NCBI GenBank assembly: GCA_038087875.1 | Contig: JAXLNO010000302.1 | Span: 1 to 32,567, forward strand | From: Malacoraja senta | Lineage: Eukaryota | DNA: 32,567 bases | Direction: 5' to 3' | In this document: positions 11,983 to 23,376 of the stretch, one piece after another | Position numbering within the stretch: the first letter of the stretch is position 1 | Layout of the letters: the number at the start of each line of letters is the position of its first letter | Position numbers and translations under genes: made by a program | Notes under the pieces: generated by a model | What the model was told of the DNA's origin: nothing | Databases searched by the model: none | What the model saw: the letters and a program-made list of their open reading frames with translations, nothing else

Positions 11983-13131
11983 ATAGTTGATTTTTCTGTT
12001 ATCTCTTGGCAAGTTTTGGCAATTAAACATTGAACACGGGCCTCACCCCTGGTCACCAGTTTGGAGCCTAAAAATACTTGTTTTTTAGTCTTGGAAATGA
12101 ACATGAAAATAGGTGCTTTGATTGCATCCCTGTTTACTTTGATATACAGTGCCCTCCATAATGTTTGGGACAAAGAACCATCATTTATTTATTTGCCTCT
12201 GTACTCGACAATTTGAGATTTGTAATAGAAAAAAATCACATGTGGCTAAAGTGCACATTGTCAGATTTTACTAAAGTCCATTTTTATACATTTTGGTTTC
12301 ACCATGTAGAACTTACAGCTGTGTTTATACATCAGCCCCCCATTTCAGGGCACCATAATGTTTGGGATACATGGCTTCACAGGTGTTTGTAATTGCTCAG
12401 GTGTATTTAATTGCCTCCTTAATGCAGGTATAAGAGAGCTCTAAGCACCTAGTCTTTCCTCCAGTCTTTCCATCATCTTTGGAAAATTTAATTGCTGTTT
12501 ATCAACATGAGGACCACAGTTGTGCCAATGAAAGTCAATGAAGCCAATGACTGAGAAACAAGAATAGAACTGTTACAGACATCAGCAAAACCTTAGGCTT
12601 ACCAAAATCAACTATTTGGAACATCATTAAGAAGAAAGAGCTCACTAATCGCAAAGGGACTGGCAGGCCAAGGAAGACCTCCACAGCTGATGACAGAAGA
12701 ATTCTCTTTATAATAAAGAAAAATCCCCAAACACCTGTTCAACAGATCAGAAACACTCTTCAGGAGTCAGGTGTGGAGTTGTCAATGACCACTGTCCACA
12801 GAAGCCTTTATGAACAGAAATACAAAGGCTACACTGCAAGATGCAAACCACTGGTTAGCCACAAAAATAGATGGTCAGGTTACAGTTTGCCAAGAAGTGC
12901 TTAAAAGAGCAACCACGGTTCTGGAAAAAACTCTTATGAACAGATGAGATGAAGATTAACTTATATCAGAGTGATGGCAAGAGCAAAGTATGGAGGAGAG
13001 AAGGAACTGCCCAAGATCCAAAGCATACCACCTCATCTGTGAAACACAGTGGCCTGGGCATGTATGACTGCTGAAGGTACTGGCTCACTTATCTTCATTG
13101 ATGATACAATTGCTGAGTAGCATAATGAATT

Positions 13132-14509
13132 ATTTTTATTTTTTATTTTTTATTTTTTTTATTTAATTTATTAGAAGTACATTAAATTACAAAAAAATTA
13201 CATTAGTACTCATCACGTATATCTTATTACAATTAATGTACTCCGTCATTTTTTTAAACTAATAAAAAGAAAAGGTTGAAATTAAGAAAAAAGAGAAAGT
13301 GAAGGAAAATAGTGAAAGTGTAAAAACGTGTCAACAGGAAAGAACAGAGACCCTGTAGAAAAGAAATTAAAGAGAAAAGATTAAGAGATAGACCCTAAAG
13401 AAGAAAAAAAGAGAAAGAAGAGAAAAGAGAAAAACAAGTACTTTATTGTGAGCATCACGCAAATGGGATATACCAATTCGCCACCTTTCATCCCCCTTTA
13501 CCTGACATCGGTACTTTTTAAAGTACTTTTGCACCTTATGCTTGTAATAGTTCTATAAATGCAGACCACGTCAGATGGAAGTGATCTGATTTGCCTGCCA
13601 AGAGGAGTCTTATCTCTTCTAGGTGTAATGTTTCAAACATGTTTGAAATCCACATGTTTATAGTTGGTATTGGAGCGTTTTTCCAAAATTTTAGGATAAG
13701 CTTTTTTCCAGTTATTAACCCGTAATCAACTAATTTCTTTTGAAACACATTTAGTTCAGGGCTATCTTCCGTTGTTCCGAAGATAATCCATTCTGCTTTT
13801 GGTGTCAGTTTTATTTTAAATAATTTTGTAAAGATTTCAAAAATTTCAATCAAAATTTTTTGAATTTTTGTACAAAAAACAAATGAGTGCGCTATAGTAG
13901 CTTCTTCAGATTGACATTTATCGCAAATAGATGATACATTAGGGAAAATTTTATTAATTTTAGTTTTTGAATAATATAATCTGTGTAAAATTTAGTGTGT
14001 CTTACATTAATCGAGCATTTATGCACATTTAATGTTCATTCCACCTTTCCTTTGAAATTTTAATAGCTAATTCTTGTTCCCAGTCTCTTCTAATACCTTC
14101 CGTAGTTGGTATTTCTACATTTAAGATAATATTATACAAATACGATATTAAGTTTGCTGATTCAGCTTTTATCTGCATTGCTTCGTCCAGTACATCTGGT
14201 GGGATGTTATAATGATCTTTTGTATATTTTTTCAGATAATCACATATTTGAAAATATTTAAAGTATTGATTATTTCCCAGCATATATTTTATTTGTAATT
14301 GTTGGAATGATAGTAATTTTCCAGTTTCATACAAGTCTCCAAGCGTTTTAATTCCTAATCTATCCCATTATATAAATGATTTGTCTGTAATAGAGGGATT
14401 AAACAAAGGGTTATTAACTATTGGGGATAAAAGCGATAGATTTCTTAATTTTAAATTTTGTTTTATTTGTTTCCAAGTTCTAATTGTACTATGTATAATT
14501 GTGTTTTTA
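13132..14509 (-). mobile_element. 5'-truncated L1/Tx1-clade LINE inserted in Tc1
   Basis: 14-bp TSD TAGCATAATGAATT (13118-13131, 14510-14523). A-rich tail on the minus strand. ORF2 C-terminal fragments (FKYFQI; CDKCQSEEATIAHSFVFC zinc-finger-like; LILKFWK). Confidence 0.85.
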
Positions 14510-14770
14510 TAGCATAATGAATTCTGAAGTGTATAGACACATCCTATCTGTTCAAGTTCAAACAAATGCCTCAAAACTCATTGGCCGACCGTTCATTCGA
14601 CAGCAAGACAATGATCCCAAACATACTGCTAAAGCAACAAAGGAGTTTATCAAAGCTAAAAAATTGTCAATTCTTGAGGGGCCAAGTCAATTGCTCGATC
14701 TGAACCCAATTGAGCATGTCTTTTATATGCTGAAGAGAAAACTGAACGGGACTAGCCCCCAAAACAAGCA

Positions 14771-14961
14771 TAATAATAATAATAATCATAGATTTTATTT
14801 TAAGGGCGCCTAATACCGAGGTCTCTAGGACACCTTACAATTTAAGAAACATATAAACATATAATCAGAGTAAAACAAGTTATAAAGACATCACAAATAC
14901 ACAAATTAAAAACAGAAATTCGATCCAAAAAAGACAACAACAAGATTCAGAAAACACAACA
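14771..14961 (-). mobile_element. Short L2-like LINE/SINE 3' end inserted in Tc1
   Basis: Minus strand ends TGTAAGGTGTCC...AGGCGCCCTTAAAATAAAATCTATGA(TTA)n. Absent from the equivalent position of the Tc1 copy at 24125. Confidence 0.6.
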
Positions 14962-15884
14962 TGCAATACAGGGATGGCAGAGCAACACCAGAGAAAACAC
15001 CCAGCCACTTCAAGTAGTCATTGCATGCAAAGGATATGCAACAAAATACTAAACATTACTTCTTTCATTTACTTGACATTGCTGTGTCCCAAACATTATG
15101 GTGGCCTGAAATGCGAGGGACTATGTATAAACACTGCTGTAATTTCTACATTTGAAACCAAAATGTATAAAAATGGCCTTTATTAAAATCTGACATTGTG
15201 CACTTTAACAACATGTGCTTTTTTCTATTACAAATCTCAAATTGTGGAATAAAGAGGCAAATAAATAAATGATGGATAATTGTCCCAAACATTATGGAGG
15301 GCACGGTAGCTCCCAAATATTTGTAGTCCCAAATATTTGTTATTAAATATTTGTTATTAAATATGCAAAAATTTAATTTCATTTCAGATGTTTCATTTAT
15401 TATGCGATTAATATTTTGTGAATGATACATGTGATTTTTACGAATGCCTTGCATTCTTAAAGGTCTTAATATTCACCTCTCCGTATAGAAAACTGATCTC
15501 GCAGAAGTCTAATGCACCGAGGCCAACGTTATATGCAGCTGAAACAAATATGCTTATAAATAGAATCATTGAATGTTTCAGTCTCCAAAGGAAACTTTCT
15601 ATATAACCATCTAAACCTTCCTGCCACAATTTTCTTTTGTAACTTAATAAGGAATCATTTTCGGCAGTGCATTTTCAATTATTATATCTTGCAAGGTAAT
15701 AAATTCTCCTTATCTTGCCACTTGTTTTATAATTTCTGAAATCTGATACAGCAAATAACTTTTTTATTTACTCTGGCTTTTGGATGCTTCACATAACAGC
15801 GTCTTCTCAAACTTCTCGGTTTCTTAACATTTCTCAAGTTTTGCATCATTGGTGACTCATATCATTCTAGTAAATTTCCTTGAC

Positions 15885-16020
15885 CATAATCTTTTGAAAG
15901 ATGACACCAATCAATTGGCCACAATCTTTGTCGACATCTTCAACTTCTTTCTTCAACATGTATTTTTCTCATCTGCTCCAAGGAAATTTTTATCATTCCA
16001 GTCCTCAGGAAAAGCAATAA
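15885..16020 (+). mobile_element. Old Rex1/Babar-like RT fragment
   Basis: Translates LKDDTNQLATIFVDIFN...IIPVLRKS, resembling LKxCAxQLAxVFTDIFN...IIPVPKK. Confidence 0.55.
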
Positions 16021-16029
16021 TTTAATAAA

Positions 16030-17745
16030 AAAGGAACTGCAGATGCTGGTTTATACCAAAGATAGACACAACATGCTGGAGTAGCTCAGTGGGTCAGGCA
16101 ATTGGTAATGTTTTGGGTTGGGATCCTTCTTCAGACTGATTGTAGTGGGGGTGAAACTGGAAGCAAGAAAAGACCAGGACAAATCAGGGCCACTAACAGA
16201 TGACCTCAGGCAAAGTGGTTCCCTGATTGGCCAATTGTTGGCTTGGGACAGAGTGATCTCAAGAGGGATACATCATTGCAAACTGTGAAATTGGTTAACC
16301 AACCTTTTGTGGAGGAAGAGAGGCAATTGGGTGAAAAGTGAAGGGAGGAGAGTGTACGTAGAAGTTAACTAAAATTAGAGAATTCAATGTTCATACCGCT
16401 GGGTTGTAAGCTACCCAAGTGCAACGTGAGGTGTTGTTCCTCCAATTTGCGTGTGGCCTCACTCTGGCATTGAAGAAGGCATAGGACAGAAAGGTCTGTA
16501 TGGGAATAGGAAGGGAGTCTCACCGATGTACAGGAGCCCACATCGGGAACACGGGATGCAGTAGATAAGGTTAGAGGAGGGTGCATGTGAACCACTATCT
16601 CATCTGGAAGGACTATCGGGGTCCCTGGATGGAATTGAGGGAGGAGGTATAAGGGCAGGTTTTGCATCTCCTGCGGTTGTTGGGGAAAGTCCCTGGCGAA
16701 GGGGTGGTTTAGGTGGGAAGGAATGAGTGAACCAAGGACTTGTGGAGGAAGCACTCTGCAGAAAGCGGAAAGGGGTGGAGATGGGAAGATATAATTAACG
16801 GTGAGATCACGTTGGAGGTGACACAAGTGTCAGAGATGATATAGAAACATAGAAAGAAAATAGGTGCAGGAGTAGGCCATTCGGCCCTTCGAGCCTGCAC
16901 CGCCATTCAATATGATCATGGCTGATCATCCAACTCAGTATCCTGTACCTGCCTTCTCTCCATACCCCCTGATCCCTTTAGCCACAAGGGCCACATCTAA
17001 CTCCCTCTTAAATATAGCCAATGAACTGGCCTCAACTACCTTCTGTGGCAGAGAATTCCAGAGATTCACCACTCTCTGTGTGAAAAATGTTTTTCTCATC
17101 TTGGTCCTAAAAGATTTCCCCCTTATCCTTAAACTGTGACCCCTTGTTCTGGACTTCCCCAACATCGGGAACAATCTTCCTGCATCTGGCCTATCCAACC
17201 CCTTAAGAATTTTGTAAGTTTCTATAATATCCCCCCTCAATCTTCTAAATTCTAGCGAGTACAAGCCGAGCCTATCCAGTCTTTCTTCATATTAAAGTCC
17301 TGACATCCCAGGAATCAGTCTGGTGGATCATGAATATGTTGGATGTAGAGGCTGGTGGGGTGAAAGATGATCAGGACAACTCTATCCTTGTTGCATCTGA
17401 GGAGAGGGGGACCCAGAGCAGAACTACGGGCCACAGAGGAGATGCATGTGAGGGATCGATCCATGACAGAAGGGAGGAAACCACGTTTACTAAAGAATGC
17501 GGACATCTTTGAAGTCCTAGTATGAGAAAACTTCATCTCGGGAGCTGATGCAGTGGAGATGGAGGAATTGAGAGTAGGGGATAGCATCTTTGCAAGAGGT
17601 CGGGTGGAAGTAGTGTAGTTCAGATAACTGGAAATCGTTAGGTTTGTAGTAGACGTCAGTCGATTGTCTGTCTCCTGTGATGGAGACATAGAGATCAAGA
17701 AAGGGGAGCGAGATGTCAGTGACAGTCCAGATGAATTTGAGGGCA
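16030..17745 (-). mobile_element. Decayed Penelope-like retroelement split by a CR1
   Basis: ORFs 17517-17768 (LPFLDL...TDVYYKP...CKDAIPYSQFL) and 16365-16826 (HLQRD...RKLEEQHL...GMNIEFSNF). Terminal motif at 16030-16140. Confidence 0.88.
16843..17325 (-). mobile_element. Young 5'-truncated CR1 LINE nested in Penelope
   Basis: ORF 16935-17264 (RRLRGDIIETYKIL...FFTQRVVNLWNSLP). Near-identical to the 6995 copy. Confidence 0.93.
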
Positions 17746-19499
17746 ATAAAACATATAATATACTGCAATCACAGTAATAAACACATTGACTTCTGATTTG
17801 GATACAGATACAGTAAGTCAGTAACGAGCAAATCCAAACAAGGCATTAAGGAGCAGTACATTCATGGTTACATTTATCACATTAGTCAGCCATGAAAAAT
17901 ATCCTTTCCAATTAGTTTGTCTAGCTACCATCATCACTTCATATCGCAAAGTATTAAGTATCTGTCATCTTTCTGTCAGCTGTGACTTATGCAGACATGT
18001 GATCAGTTTTAGCTGCACATTTTTGTGTATTGGACTACTTTGCTCTGAGTAGCAGTACGCAACGTGCATTCACTTTTGGTGCAGTTTCTTTGGACAAAAT
18101 GGACTTTAATTTTTCATGGTGGTATGTTTGAACCTAGTGGCTTGGCTGGGGAACAGCTGGAACTCATGATTGTTGGCAAGTAGTTTGATTAGTCTCCTTC
18201 TATATGGGACTTGGGATGCCTGAATTTTAATGGTTTGGCAAATAGCTTCGGAACTCATTGTACGTTTTAGCAGGTGGTTTTGAGTTAACCGCTTCTAATA
18301 GGCCTCCATGGGGGTGCATGACCTGTTTGCACCCATGATTTTTTTAATGGAATTAGTCTCGTTGCACCACTCATGATATTATTAGAGTTGGAATACTGCA
18401 CAATCCTGAAGTTTCACTATCTCATTTTTACTGCAGTGAGATTATAGCTACATTGATCTGTTGCAATTGGGAGGAATAAAATTCCCTTTAATGTTAATGT
18501 TTGTGCTGCTGAAATCACTGCTGCAATGCAGATGACTGGAACCAGCAATTGTCTTTTGTAATCTCTGAGTATAACTTCAGTATGGAACTTGCAAGGATAC
18601 TTTAACAAACTCTCTTAAACAGTAACTTTTATTCCCAGACAGACAATGGTTCCAAGAGCATGCTGTCACCTGCCACCTCCTGCCCAAATCATGCATAATT
18701 CAAGAATTTGATATATGTCTTTCTTCATCTTTGCTCAATCAAAATCCTCAAACCTACTGTGAAACCACTATGAAAATACCTGCATCACAGGTACCTCAAG
18801 ATGACTCTTATCACTATCTATATAACTAAAAGTCTCATCTTGACCACTTCCTGTCTGCGCTCCATATTGATTTTAGAAAAAACGCTACCCTATATCACTA
18901 TGATTTTTGGCCATCTTACTCACAGCCCCCCTCCGCTGAGGCAGCCCCGAGGATTTTTCCGATCGATGAAAAATAAATAAGTTATGAGTGTTAAACATCT
19001 TCCGATCAGCTGATTGGTCCTCTCGCCTGTCAATCACCACGATGAAGGTAACGCCCCTTCTGAGGGGGGGGGGGGGGACAGGTCCAAAGATCCTATAGTG
19101 GAGCAAGATAGTCCATTCGACGAAAAAGCCGTAGTAGGGTCATGGGTAATCTTCAGCACCATTTCCGTAACCGGCTTCCGTCTCCACACCAAAGATCCTA
19201 TAGCGGAGCAAAGATACTAGTGCTGAGACAGAAGCCGGTTACGGAAACATCCTCGTAAAAATCTTCTCCTCAAGAGCATTTTCTTTCTGCCTCTCTGCCT
19301 CACAATAAAAAGGAAAATGATGCCTATGTTCCTTCCAGAGCGTGTGGGGAGTCTCGCCCGGATCAGCACGGCTGGGTGCCAGGGTAAAGTTGCGGGGAGG
19401 TTTGCAATGTATTTTTATGTAATGTCCCTTGTAGGGGCCTTAAGTCCGAAATAAAGTTTATCATTATATATAAAAATCTGAAGAAATATATATTTCTAT

Positions 19500-20175
19500 T
19501 AGCCGTCACATACAACAAGTAGTCCTCCGTCAGTTTCGCCACCTCCAACGTGACCCCACCACTCACCACATCTTCCCATCTCCCGCCCATCTGCCTTCCG
19601 CTAAGACCGCTCCCTCCGTAACTCCCTTGTCAATTCTTCCCTTTCCTCCCATACCACCCCCTCCCCGGGCACTTTCCCTTGCAACCGCAAGAGATGCTAC
19701 ACTTGTCGCTTTACCTCCCCCCTCGACTCCATTCAAGGACCCAAGCAGTCGTTCCAGGTGCGACAGAGGTTCACCTGCATCTCCTCCAACCTCATCTATT
19801 GCATCCGCTGCTCTAGATGTCAGCTGATCTACATCGGTGAGACCAAGCGTAGGCTTGGCGATCGTTTCGCCGAACACCTCCGCTCGGTCCGCATTAACCA
19901 ACCTGACCTCCCGGTGGCTCAGCACTTCAACTCCCCCTCCCATTCCGTATCCGATCTCTCTGACCTGGGCCTCCTCCATGGCCAGAGTGAGCACCACCGG
20001 AAATTGGAGGAACAGCACCTCATATTCCGCTTGGGAAGTCTGCATCCTGGTGGCATGAACATTGAATTCTCCCAATTCTGTTAGCCCTTGCTGTCTCCTC
20101 CCCTTCCTAGCTCTCCCTCAGCCCTCAGCCCTCAGCCCTCGGGCTCCTCCTCCTCCTTTTTCCTTTCTTCTCCCT
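19500..20175 (+). mobile_element. Penelope-like fragment with Cys-rich linker and GIY-YIG endonuclease, inside Helitron 1
   Basis: Open frame 19605-20084: CNRKRCYTC linker, then NLIYCIRC...IYIGET.RRL..RFAEH...EEQHLIFRL...GMN. Stop and frameshift upstream. Confidence 0.9.
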
Positions 20176-21075
20176 TGTGTACCTTGGAGAAATATATATG
20201 TGTGTTATATGATTATATACATCTATATCACATTCATATATGTGTGTATGTGTGTTTTTTCCTACACAATCTAATCAGTTGTATGGTCGCTGAATAAAAT
20301 CATCCTTAAGTTATACATCATTTGTTAATCTTGCTCAAAACAAATTTTATTTTGTTAAATACTCCATTTAGATAACCCCACCATTACAGACAGATCTCAT
20401 TCCACTCTCTGGCTATTGGGAAGACCAGACCCATTTTATTGTTGAAAAACAATTCCATAGACACAAAAAAACATTAAGGAACATTCCAAGAGTAGAGCAA
20501 CTGGAATCTTCATATTGCTATTATTTTACCAACGTTGTGAACAGTGTGATTAGATGAATTACAGAGTGCAAGTTTAATACAAAAATCAACTCAAACACAG
20601 CACATGAGCCATTAAAAAAAATTTTTTTTTTAAACATTAAAAAAGAAAATTAACTGAATTATAATTTATTAACATATTAATCATTAACAAAAAATAACAG
20701 AATTATGAATTAACTGAATTATGAATTATGAATCTAACCCTACATCACACCCAAAAACTGTTCCCCCGCAACGCTGATTATACTGCGAGAGGGATAACCA
20801 AAGTCGGGTCAAGTTTACTGAAATGGCCGAAGAAATGGCCGACGTTCCATTCCATTGCGTACTACACGTCAGCCCATTGGATTTAGCAGGATCTTTGGGC
20901 AGGACTATAAAACCCTGGATGCCTGGACGTGAGTCAGTCACTCTGGAAGATCGCGAGGGAGAGTCCACAACTGTGATTCTAAGCTGTGAATCAACTGAAC
21001 TGTGAGTCTGCAATGTATTTGCAATAAATGATTTGTTAGCCCTTAATGACCTAGCAATGAGTTGTTTGGCAATTT

Positions 21076-21345
21076 GGTGGCCTGCACTCTGCTTGAAATG
21101 CTATGAAATTGAATGTGGTGGCCTGCACTCTGCCTGGAATGCTATGAAATTCAATGTGGTGGCCTGCACTCTGCCTGAAATGCTATGAAATGGAATGTGG
21201 TAGTCTGCACTCCGCCTGAAATGCTATGAAATTGAATGCGGTGGCCTGCACTGTCTGAAATGCTATGAAATTGAATGTGGTGGCCTGCACTCTGCCTGAA
21301 ATGCTATGAAATTGAATATGGTGGCCTGCACTCTGCTTGAAATGG
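21076..21345. repeat. 41-bp minisatellite, ~6.5 copies
   Basis: Unit GGTGGCCTGCACTCTGCCTGAAATGCTATGAAATTGAATGT at 21076, 21117, 21158, 21199, 21240, 21279, 21320. Confidence 0.95.
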
Positions 21346-21364
21346 AATTTCAAGGAATAGCCAT

Positions 21365-21665
21365 GAGTGAACTGCCAGCCCACCAGCCCTGAGTGACTGA
21401 TCTGCCAGCCGCCAGCCCTGAGTGACTGAGCTGCCAGCCCAACAGCCCTGAGTGACTGAGCTGCCAGCCCACAAGCCCTGAGTGACTGAGCTGCCAGCCC
21501 ACCAGCCCTGAGTTGCCAGCCCTGAGTGACTGAGCTGCCAGCCCACCAGCCCTGAGTGACTGAGCTGCCAGCCCACCAGCCCTGAGTGACTGAGCTGCCA
21601 GCCCACCAGGCTTGAGTGACTGAACTGCCAGCCCACCAGGCCTGAGTGACTGAGCTGCCAGCCCA
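21365..21665. repeat. 30-bp minisatellite, ~10 copies
   Basis: Unit CCAGCCCTGAGTGACTGAGCTGCCAGCCCA, with one partial unit. Confidence 0.95.
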
Positions 21666-22586
21666 ATGATTCATTCGGCCCACAATGTCCATACTAGCCC
21701 TCTGGAAACCAGTCCCTTTGGCCCACAACATCCATACTAGCGCTACAGAAATCCCCCCCACTGGCCACCAATATTGGAATTGGTGAGAGGTGGAATATTG
21801 CGTTGGGGGACCAGCCCTCCCGTGTGATCATGGGACCCGACGGGTCCCACTTAGTCTAGTATTCTTTAGAGTAATTTAATCACGGATGATATGCCATGTC
21901 AACAATGCATGCATCTTATGAATGATTCTTTAAAAGGGAAAGCCTTTTTCATTTTAACTCAGTTTAAGAAAAATATGCAGACATGCTCAAATTGGAAAAT
22001 ATGTGGAAAATATGTGACAAGCACACTTTACAGAGTTGCCCTAAATTAGAGCAAAACAAGACCATGATTTCACAGTGTTTTTTAAAGTAAAAATGCTGCA
22101 CAGCATTGTTTTTAAACTGAAGTCTGCAAATGGTCCTTAAGGGGCATGTGAGAACTTAACACAAGATCTGCATCATGGTTGGTGCTTCTAAAATTTGGAC
22201 AGGTTGGTTTTGAAAAGCATAACATTACTCATGCCAACACAAATATAAAATACACTATAGACTCTCCACCATTTGGTTGTTATAGATTCCTTTTGGAAAC
22301 TTTTGACTTTGTTTCCACTGGTATGTTGTCAATATTTGTAGGTGTTGTCAATATTTGCAAAGCATCCAGTGCACATGGAATTCTGAAACCTTTTGCTACT
22401 TGAGAAAAGCACGATTAACTACAGCTGAAGATTGCATGCTTTCAGTCTGGAAACTGGGTGCTGTGTGGTTACCATGAACCAATTTGACATTAATATGCCA
22501 CTAACAACACTAAAGTGTGTTGTTGCTTGCCTTGATAAGCACAGATTTCCACAAAACAACAGAAGCAATGTTTTTAACAAATTTAC

Positions 22587-22780
22587 CTTGTAGTTATCCC
22601 AGTTCCTGAAGAAATTGACTGCCCCATCAACCCTACGCTGGATTACTGTCCAGCCTCCCTGATCATGGCTATGGTCGCACCATACTTGGAGTAGTTTCTC
22701 TGTGCCTTCAGGTTTGATCAAGTACATGCCACTGTTTGCATATCCAGCCTGCCGGACATGGTAGCAGTCCTTCCAGGGAC
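22587..22780 (-). CDS. ANGPTL1: Internal 194-bp coding exon of angiopoietin-like protein (start of FReD domain)
   Basis: (G)PWKDCYHVRQAGYANSGMYLIKPEGTEKLLQVWCDHSHDQGGWTVIQRRVDGAVNFFRNWDNYK. Acceptor tacAG at 22782-22781, donor GTaaat at 22586-22585. In frame with the next exon. Confidence 0.93.
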
Positions 22781-23324
22781 CTGTATAATGGAATAGTGAT
22801 CATAATTCCATACATTTATGTTAGCATATCCATCTCTTATAGTCAAAGCATTATTTATATTTTGAAATACCATCAAGCATAAAAGACATTCCATAATGTT
22901 TGAGCATATAAATTCAGAGTTTCATAAATAGCTCTCTCAGCTGTGTGTCAGCGTTTCTTGACTCACTTCATTGGAAAAATACATTGACTTTATGTTTTAT
23001 TGCTTGATTTTAAATGTTTGTTTTAGCACGTAGTATTGCAGAGTAAACAGTCTAAGAAAAGTATTGGTAAAACATTGGAGAGTCACGCATTTATAAATGA
23101 GGCTATTCGCAACTGTCTATGTTGGGGCAAGTGGCATCCATTCTGTATCAAATTGAATGCCAGTGATGAAAAACGATGGTACCAGAACTATCAACCAACC
23201 CAAAATGGAGTGCTCCCTCTGTATTGGGAGTTGATTTGTATCATGAAGGAATATCTAAATTTTGTAGAGATTTGACATTATTTTTCAAATGTAGGCACTA
23301 AATGACAAAATTAATCATTGAATA

Positions 23325-23376
23325 TCACTGTACTTTAATTGGTACACGTGACAATAAAAGACCTTTGAACCTTTGA
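23325..23376 (+). mobile_element. Very short LINE-like 3' tail
   Basis: TCACTGTAC...GGTACACGTGACAATAAA(ACCTTTGA)2: stem-loop, AATAAA and terminal repeat. Confidence 0.4.

Larger units (their letters stand above)
12147..15306 (+). mobile_element. Full-length decayed Tc1 (DD34E, IR/DR-type TIRs) with two nested retroelements
   Basis: TA-CAGTGCCCTCCATAATGTTTGGGACA...TGTCCCAAACATTATGGAGGGCACGG-TA. Inner DR ~200 bp inside each end. QQDNDPKH...DLNPIE has 34-residue D-E spacing. Frameshifts and stops. Confidence 0.95.
18817..21859 (+). mobile_element. Non-autonomous Helitron, copy 1
   Basis: A/TCTATATAACTAAAAGTCT 5' end. Palindrome TGGGACCCG-A-CGGGTCCCA (21831-21849), then CTAG (21856-21859) and T. 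No TSD. Both ends are homologous to the element at 24785-25859. Confidence 0.82.

Noticed and set aside
15310..15365. Short tandem duplications (also ~3909, ~20700, ~22000, ~22324, ~27635, ~32043) and poly-G/C runs (154, 19063, 27384, 30021)
   Set aside because: Ordinary slippage products. Homopolymer lengths may also be sequencing-dependent.
17760..18620. Additional exons (RALGPS or ANGPTL coiled-coil exon) in unique-looking stretches, also 22800-23780 and 31450-32160
   Set aside because: No recognisable translation with compatible splice sites.
19563..20075. 170-aa minus-strand ORF
   Set aside because: Antisense shadow of the Penelope GIY-YIG frame.
19605..20084. Domesticated stand-alone GIY-YIG nuclease gene
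   Set aside because: No ATG or promoter context, upstream stop and frameshift, and a homologous decayed copy at 16365-16826. It is a retroelement fragment.
20700..21060. Solo LTR
   Set aside because: Could not define TG...CA ends or a TSD. Kept only as a low-interest motif note.
21076..21665. CRISPR-like array
   Set aside because: Head-to-tail units with no unique spacers, no cas genes, and a eukaryotic intron context.
21183..21761. 192-aa and 120-aa repetitive ORFs as novel proteins
   Set aside because: They arise from a 30-bp (multiple of 3) minisatellite. No splice or domain evidence.
22419..22586. ORF-track extension of the ANGPTL exon (VNLLKTLLLL...)
   Set aside because: Read-through past the GT donor at 22586. 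The same applies to 10664-10680.
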